Assembly: GCF_963921235.1 (NCBI RefSeq)
Contig: NC_086097.1
Span: 96,040,001-96,104,000, forward strand
Reading direction: 5' to 3'
From: Mobula hypostoma
Taxonomy: Eukaryota
Length of the DNA stretch: 64,000 nucleotides
The translations under genes were made by a program, and so were the position numbers. The notes beneath the pieces are model-generated. The model was not told the origin of the DNA, did no database searches, and saw only the letters and a list, made by a program, of their open reading frames with translations. Every line of letters begins with the position of its first letter. Within the stretch, counting starts at the first letter, position 1. Below, piece by piece: positions 37,801 through 51,100 of this stretch.

Positions 37801-40644
37801 GCTTAGTTCTTATGATTGCTTTTTCCATTCTGTATGTCTGAAGCGTATTATATTGTAACTTCATATTGACAAGTTGCCTTCGTTTTTCCTCTGTCATATG
37901 TCTTTGAGATTCTTTTTCTAATTTTGTCATCTCTTTTTCCAATTGATTAGTTCTGCCATATATTCTTTCTCAATTTTAGACGTATAACTTATTATCTGAC
38001 CCCTCAAATATGCTTTCATCGCATCCCATAGTATAAATTTATCATCCACTGAATGAGAGTTTGTATCCAAAAAAAATTGGATGTGCTTTTTCATAAAATC
38101 ACAAAAATCTTGACGTTTTAATAATGTTGAATTAAATCTCCATCTATAAGCCACTTCTTCCTTATCAGTCATTATTATTGTCATTAATAGAGGAGAATGA
38201 TCTGACAATATTCTTGCTTTATATTCCATGTTTTTCACTCTGTGTTGAATATGCATTGATAATAGGAAAAGATCTATCCTTGAATAAGTTTTGTGTCTAT
38301 TAGAATAGAACGAATAATCTCTGCCTTTAGGATTAATTCTTCTCCATATATCAATCAAATTTAAATCTTTCATCAATGATAAAGTTAGTTTTACTACCTT
38401 CGATTTTGTGACAGCCTTAGTTGATCTATCTAAGACTGAGTCTAGGCAAAAATTAAAATCTCCTTCTATTAATATTTTTTCATGTGCATCAGCCAAATTC
38501 AAAAAAGCTTCTTGTATGAATTTTGCATCATTTTCATTTGGTGCATAAATATTCATGAAAGTTCATAATTCACAAAAAAGGTGACAGTGTATAATCACAT
38601 ATCTCCCCGCAGAATCTGTTATTACATTTTGTATTCTAATTGGGAACGTTTTATTGATCAAAATTGCTACTCCCCTCGCTTTTGAATTAAATGAAGCTGC
38701 AACAACACTACCCACCCAATCTCTCTTTAATTTCTGATGTTCCGTTTCTGTTAAATGTGTTTCCTGTAAGAAAGCTAAATCTACCTTCATTTTCTTAATA
38801 TGTGTTAAGATTCTTTTTCTTTTCACTGGTCCATTAAGCCCACTAACATTAAAACTCAAAAAATTCAATAAATTAGTCATTATTCTTAACAAGGTTACTC
38901 CAATCTAAAACATTACTTAGCTTCTCAACTCTCATAGTTCCTTGGGGAATCTCTTTGAACTTCACCATGTTGCTGTGTGTTTCCCTCCCAATCATCCAGG
39001 CAAAAAGAAAGAAATAAAAGATAGATATGATACAAAAAGAGAAATAACAAAATACCCCCCTACTAATGTTGTGAATGAAAAGATACAGAACACTACCCCG
39101 CTCCATTTTGTGGGTCGTGGCTATTGCCACGCTTGCACACATGAATAGCGTAGCGATTGGTCAGTATTTCTTCCAGCTCCCCCATAACAAAAAAAATTAT
39201 ATATATATATAAAAAATTTATGTCGCTATTCCCAGCTAATATTCCTCAAATTTTAACCTTTCTTCCCCTCTCTCATATAATTAATAATATATTTATATAT
39301 TCACCTGCCTTAAAAAATCCAGCAGGTCTATTCCTTGACCCAATCTTCATCTTCAATCCATCTCGCTCCCCTGGGTTTGTTCTTGTATCTGGTGAATATT
39401 CAAAGAATCTTGCACAAACTCCTCTGCTTTCCGGTAATTGTCAAAAAATCTTTTTTTCTCCGCCAACCAAAAAAATCTTCAAGGTTGCAGGATAATGCAA
39501 TATAAATTGATAACCGTGATCCCATGGGACTTCTTGCACTGGATCAAATTTCTTCATTCTCTTCAAAAGCACATAACTTATGTCAGGGTAGAAAAAAATT
39601 TTCTTCCCTTCTATCATCAATGGCCCTTTTCTATTCTTGGCAGATTGGGCAGCCGCCTGTGGAATCCTTTCTTTGTCTTGAAATCTTAAGAATTTTATTA
39701 AAATTGATCGTGGATATTGGTCATCTTGTGGTTTTGGTCTTAGAGCTCTATGTGCCCGCTCAATTTCAATTGATCGGTTTTCCTCTTTCATTTGCAAAGT
39801 TTCCGGGATCCATCTTTGAAAAAATTCTATGGGATTGTCTCCCTCTATACCTTCTTTAAGACCAACAATTTTAATATTATTTCGTCTACTAAAATTTTCC
39901 AACACGTCCACTTTCTCCAACAGTTGATTTCTTTCCGTTTTCCAGACAAGCATATCATTTTCTGTTTTTTCCACTCTATCGTTAATATGCTCCATTGTTC
40001 TTTCCAACTTTTGAAGTTTCTTATCCATTTCGTCCTGTCTTTTCATAGCTCTATCATAGCACATCTTCATGTCTCTAAGCTCTTCTTAATTTTCTTAGTT
40101 CAGCCGTTACTTGCAATAAAACCTCTCTTATGTCTCCATCGCATCCTTTACTTCCAGTCTCTTCCAGTTCTTCCTCCTCTTCTTCATCTGTATTCTCTGC
40201 GAAATCCAATTCTGACTCTGAGTCACTTTCACTTGCAGTGGCCGTCGGCTCTTGTAGTTTGAGTTGTATCGATTTGCGCATGCCAACTTCTTTGCGCATG
40301 CGCAATTCCGACATCATCTTCCCAGGGGCCGCTACCGCCGCCATTGCTCCCTGTTCTTCTACGCCGGAGATAAAATGCGTCTCCTCCGAAGGAGATACAA
40401 CCTGAATCCGAGGCTCCATCGCTGCAGTAGGCCCTTTTTTCTTCCCATCTCGCGGCGACTTCGCAACAACAGATTTCTTCTGTTGCAGTTTACGAGGCAT
40501 ATCGTAAAATAGTCTTGAGAAGTTTATATGTAGTTTTCGGAAAGTATTTATTAACTTTGCTTTGTTTAAACGGTACTTTGCTGATTTTTTACAGGAGAGC
40601 TGGATTTACACGTCTCAATCCCACATCATAACGTGACGTCCCCC
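34853..40644 (-). mobile_element. Full-length L1-clade LINE (ORF1 + EN/RT ORF2, disrupted) with 13-bp TSD
   Basis: 5' GGGGGACGTCACG, poly-A end. TSD CATGTTTGTTAAG (34840-52) / CATGTTCGTTAAG (40645-57). ORF1 ENFSRRNNIKIVG...IERAHR; EN FLQETH, NIYAPN, SDH; RT ALDAEKAFDR, TRQGCPLSP, LFADD; C-terminal Cys-rich region. Confidence 0.96.
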
Positions 40645-41339
40645 CATGTTCGTTAAGCTTGAGGAACTGGAAATAACTTGAGAAATTCACTTTTAAACCA
40701 GCGCTTTTCTCGTGGACTTTATGTTGACAACAATTTGATAAATTATTTGTATTTCATTTCTGGATTTGTTTTCTATCTCAGCAAATTAATTAGGTTGTAA
40801 TGTTTTGCTTTAGTGTGGCCTTTGCTCCCCATCAGATTGTCATATTTTATAAGTCATCTATAGCTACGTTTTTGTTATTGGCGTTTGTTACTGAATGCAA
40901 CTTGGCTAATTTAAGCATTTTGGTTCCTCCTTCTCCAACCAAACAAAGCTGCTAACTTATTTGGAGCACTGAATCAGCTGGAGATAGATTCACTCGTGTC
41001 TAATGGCTGCATTAAATACACATTCACAGTTTACTCGGGTGATTTTTCTTGTTGCAGTGCCTAATATTGTACAGTCTGTTGTGATAGACACTTTATAAGG
41101 GAAATTGACAGCATTCATAACCTTAGATAAAGTGGAATGACTTGGGATTCAAATACGTAAGATCAGAATGTGTGAATTTCTTTATCAGAGGGAGTGACGC
41201 AGTATCTTCAAAGATCTCAGAAGGAAGAGTGCCCTAGAATGCAAATACTTTCCTGCTGAGGAGAAATAGCTTGGCATACACATACAATAAATCAATTCAG
41301 AATCCTTGTGTACAAGATCAGGTAGAGTGACATGGAATT

Positions 41340-42700
41340 CTTATTAAGGAATTGGAGCAGAGTTTCAGCTTTCTGGATCACTAGGATCTCTTCTGCGGAA
41401 GCTACGGCCTGTACAAAAAGGACGGGTTACATCTGAACTTGAGGGGGATCGCTATTCTTGTGGGCAGGTTTACTAATTTGGAAGGAGGGTGGGAATCAGA
41501 GTGATAGGACAGAGGATTGGGGCAGTTTCTATGTAAGTAAATGAAGTGTGTAGTTTAGAAAGGGTAAGAACATAATTTCCAGTTGCACAGGTAAAATTGA
41601 AAAGGGGGATGAATACAGGACTGATTGTGTTATATTTGAAAACACGTAATATACAAAATATAGTGGATAATCTTGTAGCACAGTTAGACATTGTGGGCAT
41701 CACTGACTCGTGGCTGAAAGAAGATCATAGTTGGGAGCTTAACATCTAAGGATATACATTGTATTGAAAGGATAAGCTGGTAGGCAGAGGGATGGTGTGG
41801 CTTTGTTGGTTTACAAAAAATGAAATCAAATCCTTAGTGGTGACAAAGGATCAAAAGATATAGAATCCCTGTGGATAGTTAAGAAACTGCAAACATAAAA
41901 AGGCCCTGATGGGCGTTATGTACAGGTTTCTGAATGGTAGCCAGGATGTAGACTACAAATTACAACAGGAGACAGCAAAGGCATGAAACAAGAGGAATGT
42001 TAGGATAGTTATGGGGGATTTCAATATGCAGGTAGATTGGGAAGATTAGGTTGGTATGGGATCCCAAGGGTAAAAATTTGTAGATTGCCCGCGAGATGGC
42101 TTTTTAGAGCAACTTGTGGTTGAGTCCATTAGGGAAAATGCATTTCCAGATTGGGTGTTGTGTAATGAACAGGATTTGATTAGGGAGCTTAAGGTAAAGG
42201 AGCCCTTAGGAGGCAGTGATCATAATATGATAGAATTCATCCTGCAGTTTGAGATGGAGAAGCTAAAGTCAGATGTATCATTATTACATTGAAGTAAAGG
42301 GAATTACAAAGGGATGAGAGAGGAGCTGACCAAAGTTGATTGAAAGGAGACACTAGCACGGATGACAGCAGAACAGCAATGGCTGGAGTTTCTGGGAGCA
42401 ATTTCGAAGGCACAGGACAGATACATAAGTATTCTAAATGGAGGATGAGGCAACTGTGGCTGACAAGGGTAGTCAAAGGCAGCATAAAAGCAAGAGAGGG
42501 TATGCAAAATAGCAAAATTAGCAGAAGCTAGCAGATTGGGAAGCTTTTTAAAACCAACAAAAGGCAACAAAAAAAAAGAGAAAAGATGATATATGAAGGC
42601 AAGCTAGCCAATAATATAAGAGGATACCAAAAGTTTTAGAATAAACTCAAAAGTCAAGAATAAATGAGAGGCAAGAGTGGATATTGGACCACTGAAAAAT
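41340..42700 (+). mobile_element. CR1 LINE (end of SGNH-esterase ORF1 + endonuclease), degraded
   Basis: LYKKDGLHLN esterase motif near 41410, then VGITDSWL, VMGDFN and GGSDHN. Confidence 0.85.
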
Positions 42701-45700
42701 CAAGTTCAAGTTCATGTGCATTGTCATCTGATTGTACATATGTACAACCAAATGAAACAGCTTTCCTTCAGACCATGGTGCACCGACAAAATACACAATA
42801 CATAAAACAAAATAAGTTAACAAAATATATTTTGAAGTGTATGTAGTGCACAGCACAGGTCAACAGTAAACAGTTCACTGTGCTACTGACGAGACCTCTG
42901 GTGGCAGGGTATTCATTAATTTCACAACCTGAGAGAAGGAGTTATAACCCAGTCTAGCAGTCTTTGTCCTGTTGCGCTTGTACCACCTTCCTGATGGTAG
43001 AGGATCAGAAATTGTGGGATAGGTGGTAGGGATCCTCAACAATGAGTTGGATCCTTTGTATAAAACACTCCCAGTAAATATTATTTTTAAAAAAGGGGGA
43101 GGGAGACCCTGGAGATCCTCTCGCAAGTTTTTACTGTTATTCGTAGGGTTGATGCTTTGCAGCTTTCGTACTACACAATGATAGAGCCAGATGGAACAGT
43201 CAATGCTGCTCATGTAGAAAGTTGTTAGAAAGGGGGCAGGGAGCCTTGTATGCCTCAATCTCCTCAAAGTGTTAACGCTGCTGTGCCTTCTTGATTAATA
43301 GGGAAATGTTGTAGGATTCAGGTTAGATCATCCACACACAATGCTGGAGGTACTCAACAGGGTAGGCTGCATCAATGGAAAAGAGTACAGTCGACGTTTT
43401 GGGCTGAAACGTCGACTGTACTCTTTTCCATTGATGCTGTCTGCCCTGTTGAGTTCCTCCAGCATTTTGTATGTGTTGCTTGGATTTCCAGCATCTACAG
43501 ATTTTCTCTTGTTTGTGCAACCCAGAAACCTTTTGCTTTTCACTGTCATCATAGCAGAGCCATTGATGTGCAATGGAGAGTGGTCGACCTGTGCCTTTCT
43601 AAAGTCCACAGTCCTCTCTTTTGTCTTGTCCATGTTGAAACTCAGATTGTTGTTCTCACACCATTTGATAAGTCTCTACCTCCTACCAGCAGTGAACAAA
43701 TTTCACGTCACATGCCCGTGATAATAAACCTGATTTTGATTCTCTCTGCTGACTCATTATTGTTGCTGATGAGACCAACTACTGCTGTATCATCAGCAAG
43801 CTTGATGACTTAGTTTGAGCTGGATCTGACAGTGCAGTCGTGAGTCAGCAGCATGGATAGCAGTGGGCTGAGCATACAACCCCGAGTGGCACCTGGTGAA
43901 AGTCCTGAGGCTCTCGTTCCTTCTACCTGATGACAGCAGCGTGAAGAGTGCATGACCTGGGTGGTGTAAATCCCTGATGATGGATGCTGCCTTCCTGTAA
44001 CAGCATTTCATGAAGATGTGCTCAATGATTGGGACAGCTTTACTTGTGATGTAGTGTGCCAAGTCCACATTTTGTAGGATTTGCCATTGAAGGGCATTAG
44101 TGTTTCTATTCCAGGCAGTGATGCAGCCAGTCAATATGCTCTCCATCTATAAAGGTCTGTCAAAATTTTAGGTGTCATGCTAAATCTCTGCAGACTCCAA
44201 AGGAAGTAGAGGTGCTGCTGTAATTTCTTCACAATTACATTTATGTGCTGGTCCCAGGGCAGGTCCTTGGAAATAGTAACACCTTGGAATTTAAAGTTGC
44301 TAACCCTCTCCATCTCTTATCCTCTGAGGACTGGCTCATGTATTTCTTGTTTCCCTCTCCTGAAGTCTGTAATCAGTTCCTTGATCTTGCTGACATTGAG
44401 AGCTTATTGTTATGACAACTCTCAGCCAGATTTTCAGTCTCCCTCCTATATGCTGAGTCATCATCACCTTTGATTTAGCCCACAACAGTGGGTATCATCA
44501 GCAAACTTGAATATGACAACAGAGCTGTACTTATCCAACAGTCATAAGTGTAAAGCCAGGAGAGCAGGGGACTAAGCACGCAGTCTTGTGTACCTGAGCT
44601 AATGGAGATCGTGGAGATGTTGCCAATCTGAACTGACTGGGTACTTCAAGATCCAGTTCCACAAGGAGGGATTGAAGGCCAAGGTCTTGGAGCTTAATGG
44701 TTAGTTTTGAGGGGATGATGTTGAATGCTGAGCTGTAGTTGATGAGCATTCTGATTCATGCTTCTTTGCTGACCAGATGTTCTAGGATTAATTATTGAAA
44801 TGGCATCTGCTGTGGATCTGTGTTCCGATAGGCAAATTAGAGCAGATCCATGTCTCCTCTTAGGGAGGAGCCAATGTGTTTGATCACCAACTTCTCAAAA
44901 CACTTGATGACTGTCGATGTGAGTGCAACTAGGGTGACAGCCAATGAGGCAGGTTACCATGTTCTTGGGCATCCGTATAATTGAAGCCTGCTTGAAGCAG
45001 GTGGGTACCTCACTGCTGAAGCGATGTGTTAAAGATCTCAGTGAATACTCCAGCCAGTTGATCAGCACAGGTGTATGGTACTCGGCCAGATACCCCATCT
45101 GGGCCAAGTGCTTTTCATGGGTTCGCCCTTCTGAAGGCAGCCCGCACATTGACTACAGAGACTGAAATCATAGGATCATCAGAGAATGTGGGAGTTTGTG
45201 ATGGTTCCTTCATGTTCAGCTGGTCAATGCGAGCATTAAAAGCATTGAACTCATCTGAAAGTGAAGCCCTGCTGCCTCCCATGTCACTTGATTTAACTTT
45301 ATAATAGATAGCATTCGAGCCCTGCCACAACTGTCAAGTATCCAACGTTTATTCAAGTTTGGTCCTGAATTTTCACTTCACCTATGAGATGGCTTTCTGG
45401 AGATCGTACCTGGACCTCTTGTAACTTTCTTGGTCTCTTGACCCTGTGTAACCCCTTTACTCTGTCTAACCTTCCTCTGGATCATTTTTCTTTTGAGGCA
45501 ACCCTTCCATATTGACCTAGAATCTTAGAATTGTCATGACAGAGCAGATGGCCACTTAGCCTAAGGAATCAATGTAAAAATCTATCCAGACGATCCAATT
45601 CTCTGGTTTAGTACTGTGCATGCTACTTATGAACTCGTCATTCTATGTCCTTTACTAATCATATTCTGTAACCTCAAAGTTCAAAGTAAATTTATTATCA

Positions 45701-46312
45701 AAGTACTGTATATGTATGTCACCATTTACTACCCTGAGGTTCATTTTCTTGCAGGCGTTCATAGTAGAACAAAGAAATACAATAGAATCAATGAAAAGCT
45801 ACACAGAAATGCAGATGAGCAACCAATATGCAATGAAGACAAACTGTGCAAATACAAAAAAAAACAAACGATAACAACAGAACATGAGTTGTAGTGTCCT
45901 TGAAAGTGAGTCAATAGTTTGTGTTCAGTGATCAGTTCAGAGGTAAGGTGATTGAAGTTATCCACGCTGGTTCAGGAGCCTGATTGTTGAAGAGTAATAA
46001 CTGTTCCTGAATCTAGTGATGTGGGACCCAAGGCTCTTGTACCTCCTTTCCAATTGCAGCATTGAGAAGAGAGTATGGACCAGATAGTGGTTGTCCTTAA
46101 TGAAGGATGCTACGTTCTTGTGGCAGCGCTCCTTGTAGGTGTGCTCAATGGTGGGAGAGTTTTTCCTGTGATGGACTGAGCTGTATCCATCATATTTTTG
46201 TAGGCTTTTCCATTCTTGGGCTTTGGTGTTTCCATACAAGGATGAAATGCAAACGATCAGGATGCTCTCCACTGTGTATCTATAAAAGTTTATCGAAGTT
46301 ATGGATGCCATG
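42700..46312 (-). mobile_element. Stack of several Rex1/Babar LINE fragments
   Basis: Repeated Rex RT C-termini (ORFs 42875-43267, 43793-44146, 45958-46311) and RT pieces (KTKERTVDFRK, NYSSAFNIIPSKL), each with its own 3' tail. Confidence 0.85.
43333..43516. repeat. Penelope-derived hairpin insertion inside a Rex1 copy
   Basis: Perfect 31-bp stem 43369-43399 / 43407-43437 with a 7-nt loop, extending imperfectly to about 65 bp per arm. Confidence 0.85.
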
Positions 46313-46709
46313 CCAGGACAGAGAGCTGTGAGATTGGTTTCATTTATACCTTAAATTTGGTCCATAGCTTTAACTAGTCTATTTAATTATTTTTCTTTTC
46401 TTAGTTGTACTTCAGAATTCAAATAACTTTCCCTTGTTTCTACATGTTCCAATCACTATTGTAGTCACCATTCCCTGTTCTCTTAGACTCTGCCTTATCC
46501 CCTCACTCACTGCTATTCATAATTGTATTGTTGGTCTACACTTGATTCCATTTTATTTGTTTTCTTCTGCTTGATGTCTATTTTGTTTTGTGCACATTGG
46601 ATGTATTATGCTGTTTAAAGGTATGTTGTTGGTTTGTGCTATTTGAGCCTGCTTAGGAGTGTACTACATGGATTCAGCGTAATTGAACTGTCTTTGCTTC
46701 TGTTTGTAG

Positions 46710-46886
<177 letters not shown>

Positions 46887-47729
46887 TAAGTCAAATGAGG
46901 AAAAGGCATTCCTTAATTTTGACTCATGGCCTGTGTGCAGTTTAAAATATAAGCAGTTTTAGCACTGTTGACATAAGCATTTTGTGTAGTTTTCAACTTG
47001 CTGTCCCTTAAAATATTAAGGTTGGCATAAGTTTAATATAAAGATTAAACTGAGGTAGCTCATTAACTTTTAAATTTTGTTCTTCAATTATCTTCATCGT
47101 AATTTGAGACGTGTTTGCATGTGGTAAGGGTGTGTAGACAATTATTGTAAAATATGTGAACCTAGTCTTGAATTAAATATTTACAACCATCTTAGAGAGC
47201 TTAAACGTAACACATTAAATTTGGCTAACTCCTGTAAGTCTCAATTCTATAATTAAGCAGCCTTCAATTTAACTTTGGATCGAGGCTTTCTACAATTGGA
47301 TCTGTAATCTACCATTTACAGTTTCTATGTTACCTGTTAAAAAAAGATTGTACTTCTGTACTTTCAATGTGATGCTTGCAATTCAGGAAAGCATCTAAGT
47401 TGACAGACTCTCGTAGTTAATTGCATAGATTTCTGTATTGGCAACATGAGCATTAGACTTGATGGAGCTGTTCATGCAGTTGTTATCAGGGCAATTAAAA
47501 CCAATGAACCAAAATGTCAAAAGTTCAGTGTAAATAGATGAGGGGCAGGTGAATTATAGGAGATAATTTGTTCCTCTGGGACATCGGAAAACACTTTCTT
47601 TTAACATGTATCTAGTAACTAATCTCATATAACCTGATATCCTGAGTTTTACTGTAGTTGGCTTCCCAAACGGTCTGTATCTGAAATGGATGCTGCTGAA
47701 GAATGACCATGAAATATAACCTAGTTAAA

Positions 47730-47985
47730 TTATTATTAATCCACTATTATTACTATTTTTCTTAACAACTAATATCATTACTTAGCCTAATAAAGTAGAA
47801 TTTCAACTGCACATAATTATCTATTTAAGTGTCTAATTTCTTTTTATATCATAATGTGTACTTAGGAATGTATAATTATAGATTTATACATATATAAACA
47901 AAAATGGAAAAGGTTATACATATGAAAAAAGTTCATGATACTTGTGAACTCCTTATCCAAATAAAAATTAAAAATTAAAAAAAGA
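47730..47985 (+). mobile_element. Short L1-type retroposed 3' end with 19-bp TSD
   Basis: GAAATATAACCTAGTTAAA at 47711-47729 and 47986-48004; AATAAA at 47960-65 and an A-rich tail. Confidence 0.8.
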
Positions 47986-48109
47986 GAAATATAACCTAGT
48001 TAAACACGAGTAGATTGTGTCAATGTGCCATTAAATTGTGGTCATTGAGTTGTGGCTAAGAGAAGATCACAGTTGGGCGCCAAACATCGAAGACCACATA
48101 TTTCATCAA

Positions 48110-51100
48110 AAGGATGGGCAGAGGGGATGGGGTGGCTCCTGGTTTCAAAATAAATGAAATCCTTAGAAAAAAGTGACATAGGATCAGAAGGTATAGAATC
48201 TTTGTGGGAAGAGTTAAGAAACTACAAGGAGAAAAAGACTCTGATGAGAGTTATATATGTCTCTGAACAATAGCCAGGATTTAGAGTGCAAATTACAACA
48301 GGAGATAGCAAAGTCATGTGTCACGGACCCCGTGACGGGGATAAAGAACCAGCAGAGATGGAAAACACTTTGGAGTCTCGTATTGCTATAAACTACTAAT
48401 ATTTATTAGTAACTATACAATACAGTAATATAAATGTAAATAAATCAAACAGGTTAGCAATGATTATATATAAAAGTAAGTGTGGAATATATATTTGTAT
48501 GAAAAAAACCAAGCTTCTTTAAGTCTAGGGGTAAAAAGATACAGTCTTACGATGTTGAGTAAAGTTCAGTTCGTGGTATTTAGTTGAGTAGTGATGGAGA
48601 GAGAGAGAGTGAGTTGAGTCTTCAGGTGAGCTGATGCCGTCGATCTTCTCGTTGTCCTCCGAAATCCTTTACAGGTCACCGACTGTGACTTTAACCAGGG
48701 GGACTGGTCTTCTGTGGTGGAGCTATCACCCAGGCGAGGGTGGACACATAGACAACTCCCCACCAGTCAACCCCTTCTCCTCAAACTGGAATAGCAATTT
48801 GGATCGATCTGCCCGATCGATCCTCCAAAAACCCACTTTCTCTGCGGGCACAGCAATGCTCATTCAGTGTCCAGATCATGTGTCCTGAGGTCTGTATCAT
48901 CTGACCTCCCATTTATTTCACCAGGCTGAGCATCACCTGTCACTCAAAGTCCCTCCCTCCTTTGTCTGTAAAGGAGTACAAGCAGGCAACAAGTCCTTGG
49001 AAGTAACATCAATAACCAGCTGAAAATCATAACATCGAGTATCCACCACCTTCGGTCACCATAGCAACCTTCGAGCTGCTTGATGCTGTCTCTAACTCCA
49101 AACTCAGTAAAAATCCAAAGTTACTTCCAATGCCTTAAAGTGACAGTCCAACCGTTAATCTTCGTCTCTCTCTCTCTCTCTTTTCAAAAGCAACATATCA
49201 GTGGTAAATAACTCTGTCTCTCTCTCCTTTCCAAACACACCATCAATGATAAATGTCTCTCTCCAAACGGTTAATAGGGGTACTCCTGGATCCCCTCACA
49301 CATGTAAAAAGGGAAATGTTATGATTGTTGTGGGAGATTTCAAGATGCATGTACGTAAATTGTTCTTAAAAAGTCATCTCACTTGAAGATCAGGTTGGTT
49401 CTGGATCCCGAGAAAAGGAATTTGTAGAATACCTGTGAGATGACTTTTTAGAACAGTTTGTGGTTGAGCCCACCATGGAAAAGATAATTCTGGATTGGGT
49501 ATTGTGTAAACAACCAGCTTTGATTAGGGAGCTTAAGCTAAAGGACTCTTGAGATGGCAGTGATCAAATTATGATAGAATTTGCCCTGCATTTTGAGAGA
49601 GAGTAGCTAATAAGTGGAATAATACTCAGTCATGAGAGTGGGGCTGGCCAAAGTTGATTGAAAGGGGACACTAGCCATAATGGTAGAGCACGACTGGAAT
49701 TTTTGGGAGCACTTCGGAAGATGCAGAATCGCTCCATCCCAAAGAAGACGAAGCATTCCAAAGGGTATATGAGGCAACTGTGACTGAATGGGACTCAAAG
49801 ACAGCATAAAGGTAAAAGGGTATGCAATATCTCAAAAATTAGTTGGAATTTATAGGATTGGGAAGATTTTATAAAACCAACAGAAGGCAACAGAAAAAGT
49901 AATAAGGTGAGAAATGAAGTATGAAGGTAAGCCAGCGAATAATGTAAGTGAAGATATCGAAAGTTTTTTCATATAGAAGGAGTAAAAGAGGACATTCAAA
50001 AATGATACTGAAGAGATAATAAGGTACAAAGAAATGGTGAGTGAATGTATAAAGTATTTTGTTTCAGCCTTCACCGTAGAAGACCCCAGCAGAATGCCAG
50101 AAGTTTGATAGTGTTGGGAAGTGGAAGTATGAGTAGTCAATTATCTATAGTCAACTAAAGGGAAAATGCTTGGGAGGCTGAAAGGTCTGAAGGTAGGTAA
50201 GTTACCTGGACCAGATAGATTACACCCTAGGGTTCAGAAAGGGGTAGCTAAAGAGATTGTAGACAGGTTAGTAGTGATCTTTTTTTGTTTGAAAGGTTCT
50301 TCAAACTGGAAAATTAAAAGTGTCACTCCATTCTTTAAGGTGGGGGGGCAGAAGAAGGGGAATCATAAATCAGTTAACCTTACCTCTGGTTAGCAGGATG
50401 TTGGAGCCCATTACTAAGGATGAGGTTTTGGTGTACTTGGAAGCACATGATAAAATCAGCCCGCAGCTTGGTTTCCTTAAGGCGAAGTCTTGCCTGACAA
50501 ATGAATTTCCACTAATTCTTTGGGGCAGGATAGACAAAGAGTCAATGGACAGAATTTACTTGGATTTTCAGAAGGTCTCTGACAAGATGCCATGCTAGCA
50601 GCTGTTAAACAAGATAAGAGCCCATGGTACTTCAGAAAAGATACATGAACAAGATTGGTTGACTGGCAGAAGGCAATGAGTATAAATAATTGGGGCTTTT
50701 CTGGTTGGCTGTCAGTGATGAGTGGTGTAATGGTTGGTGTTGCATCCACTATTCATGTTATATGTTAATGATCTGGATGATGGATTTGATGGCTCTGTGG
50801 CCAGATTTGCAGACAACACAAAAATAAGTGGAGGGACAGGTAGTGTTGTAGAAGCAGGGAGTCTGCAGAAGGACTTGGACAGATTGGGAGAATGGGCAAA
50901 GATTTAGCAGATGGAATACAGTGTGCATGGTCATGTACTTTGATAGAAAGAATAAAGTCATAGACTCTTTTCTAAATGGGGAGCAAATTCAGAAATTGGA
51001 GGTATAAAGGACTTGGGCATCCTTGTGCCGGATTCCTTAAGGATATGTCAGTGGTAAGGAAGGCAAATGCAATATTAGCATTCATTTAGAGTGGACTAGA

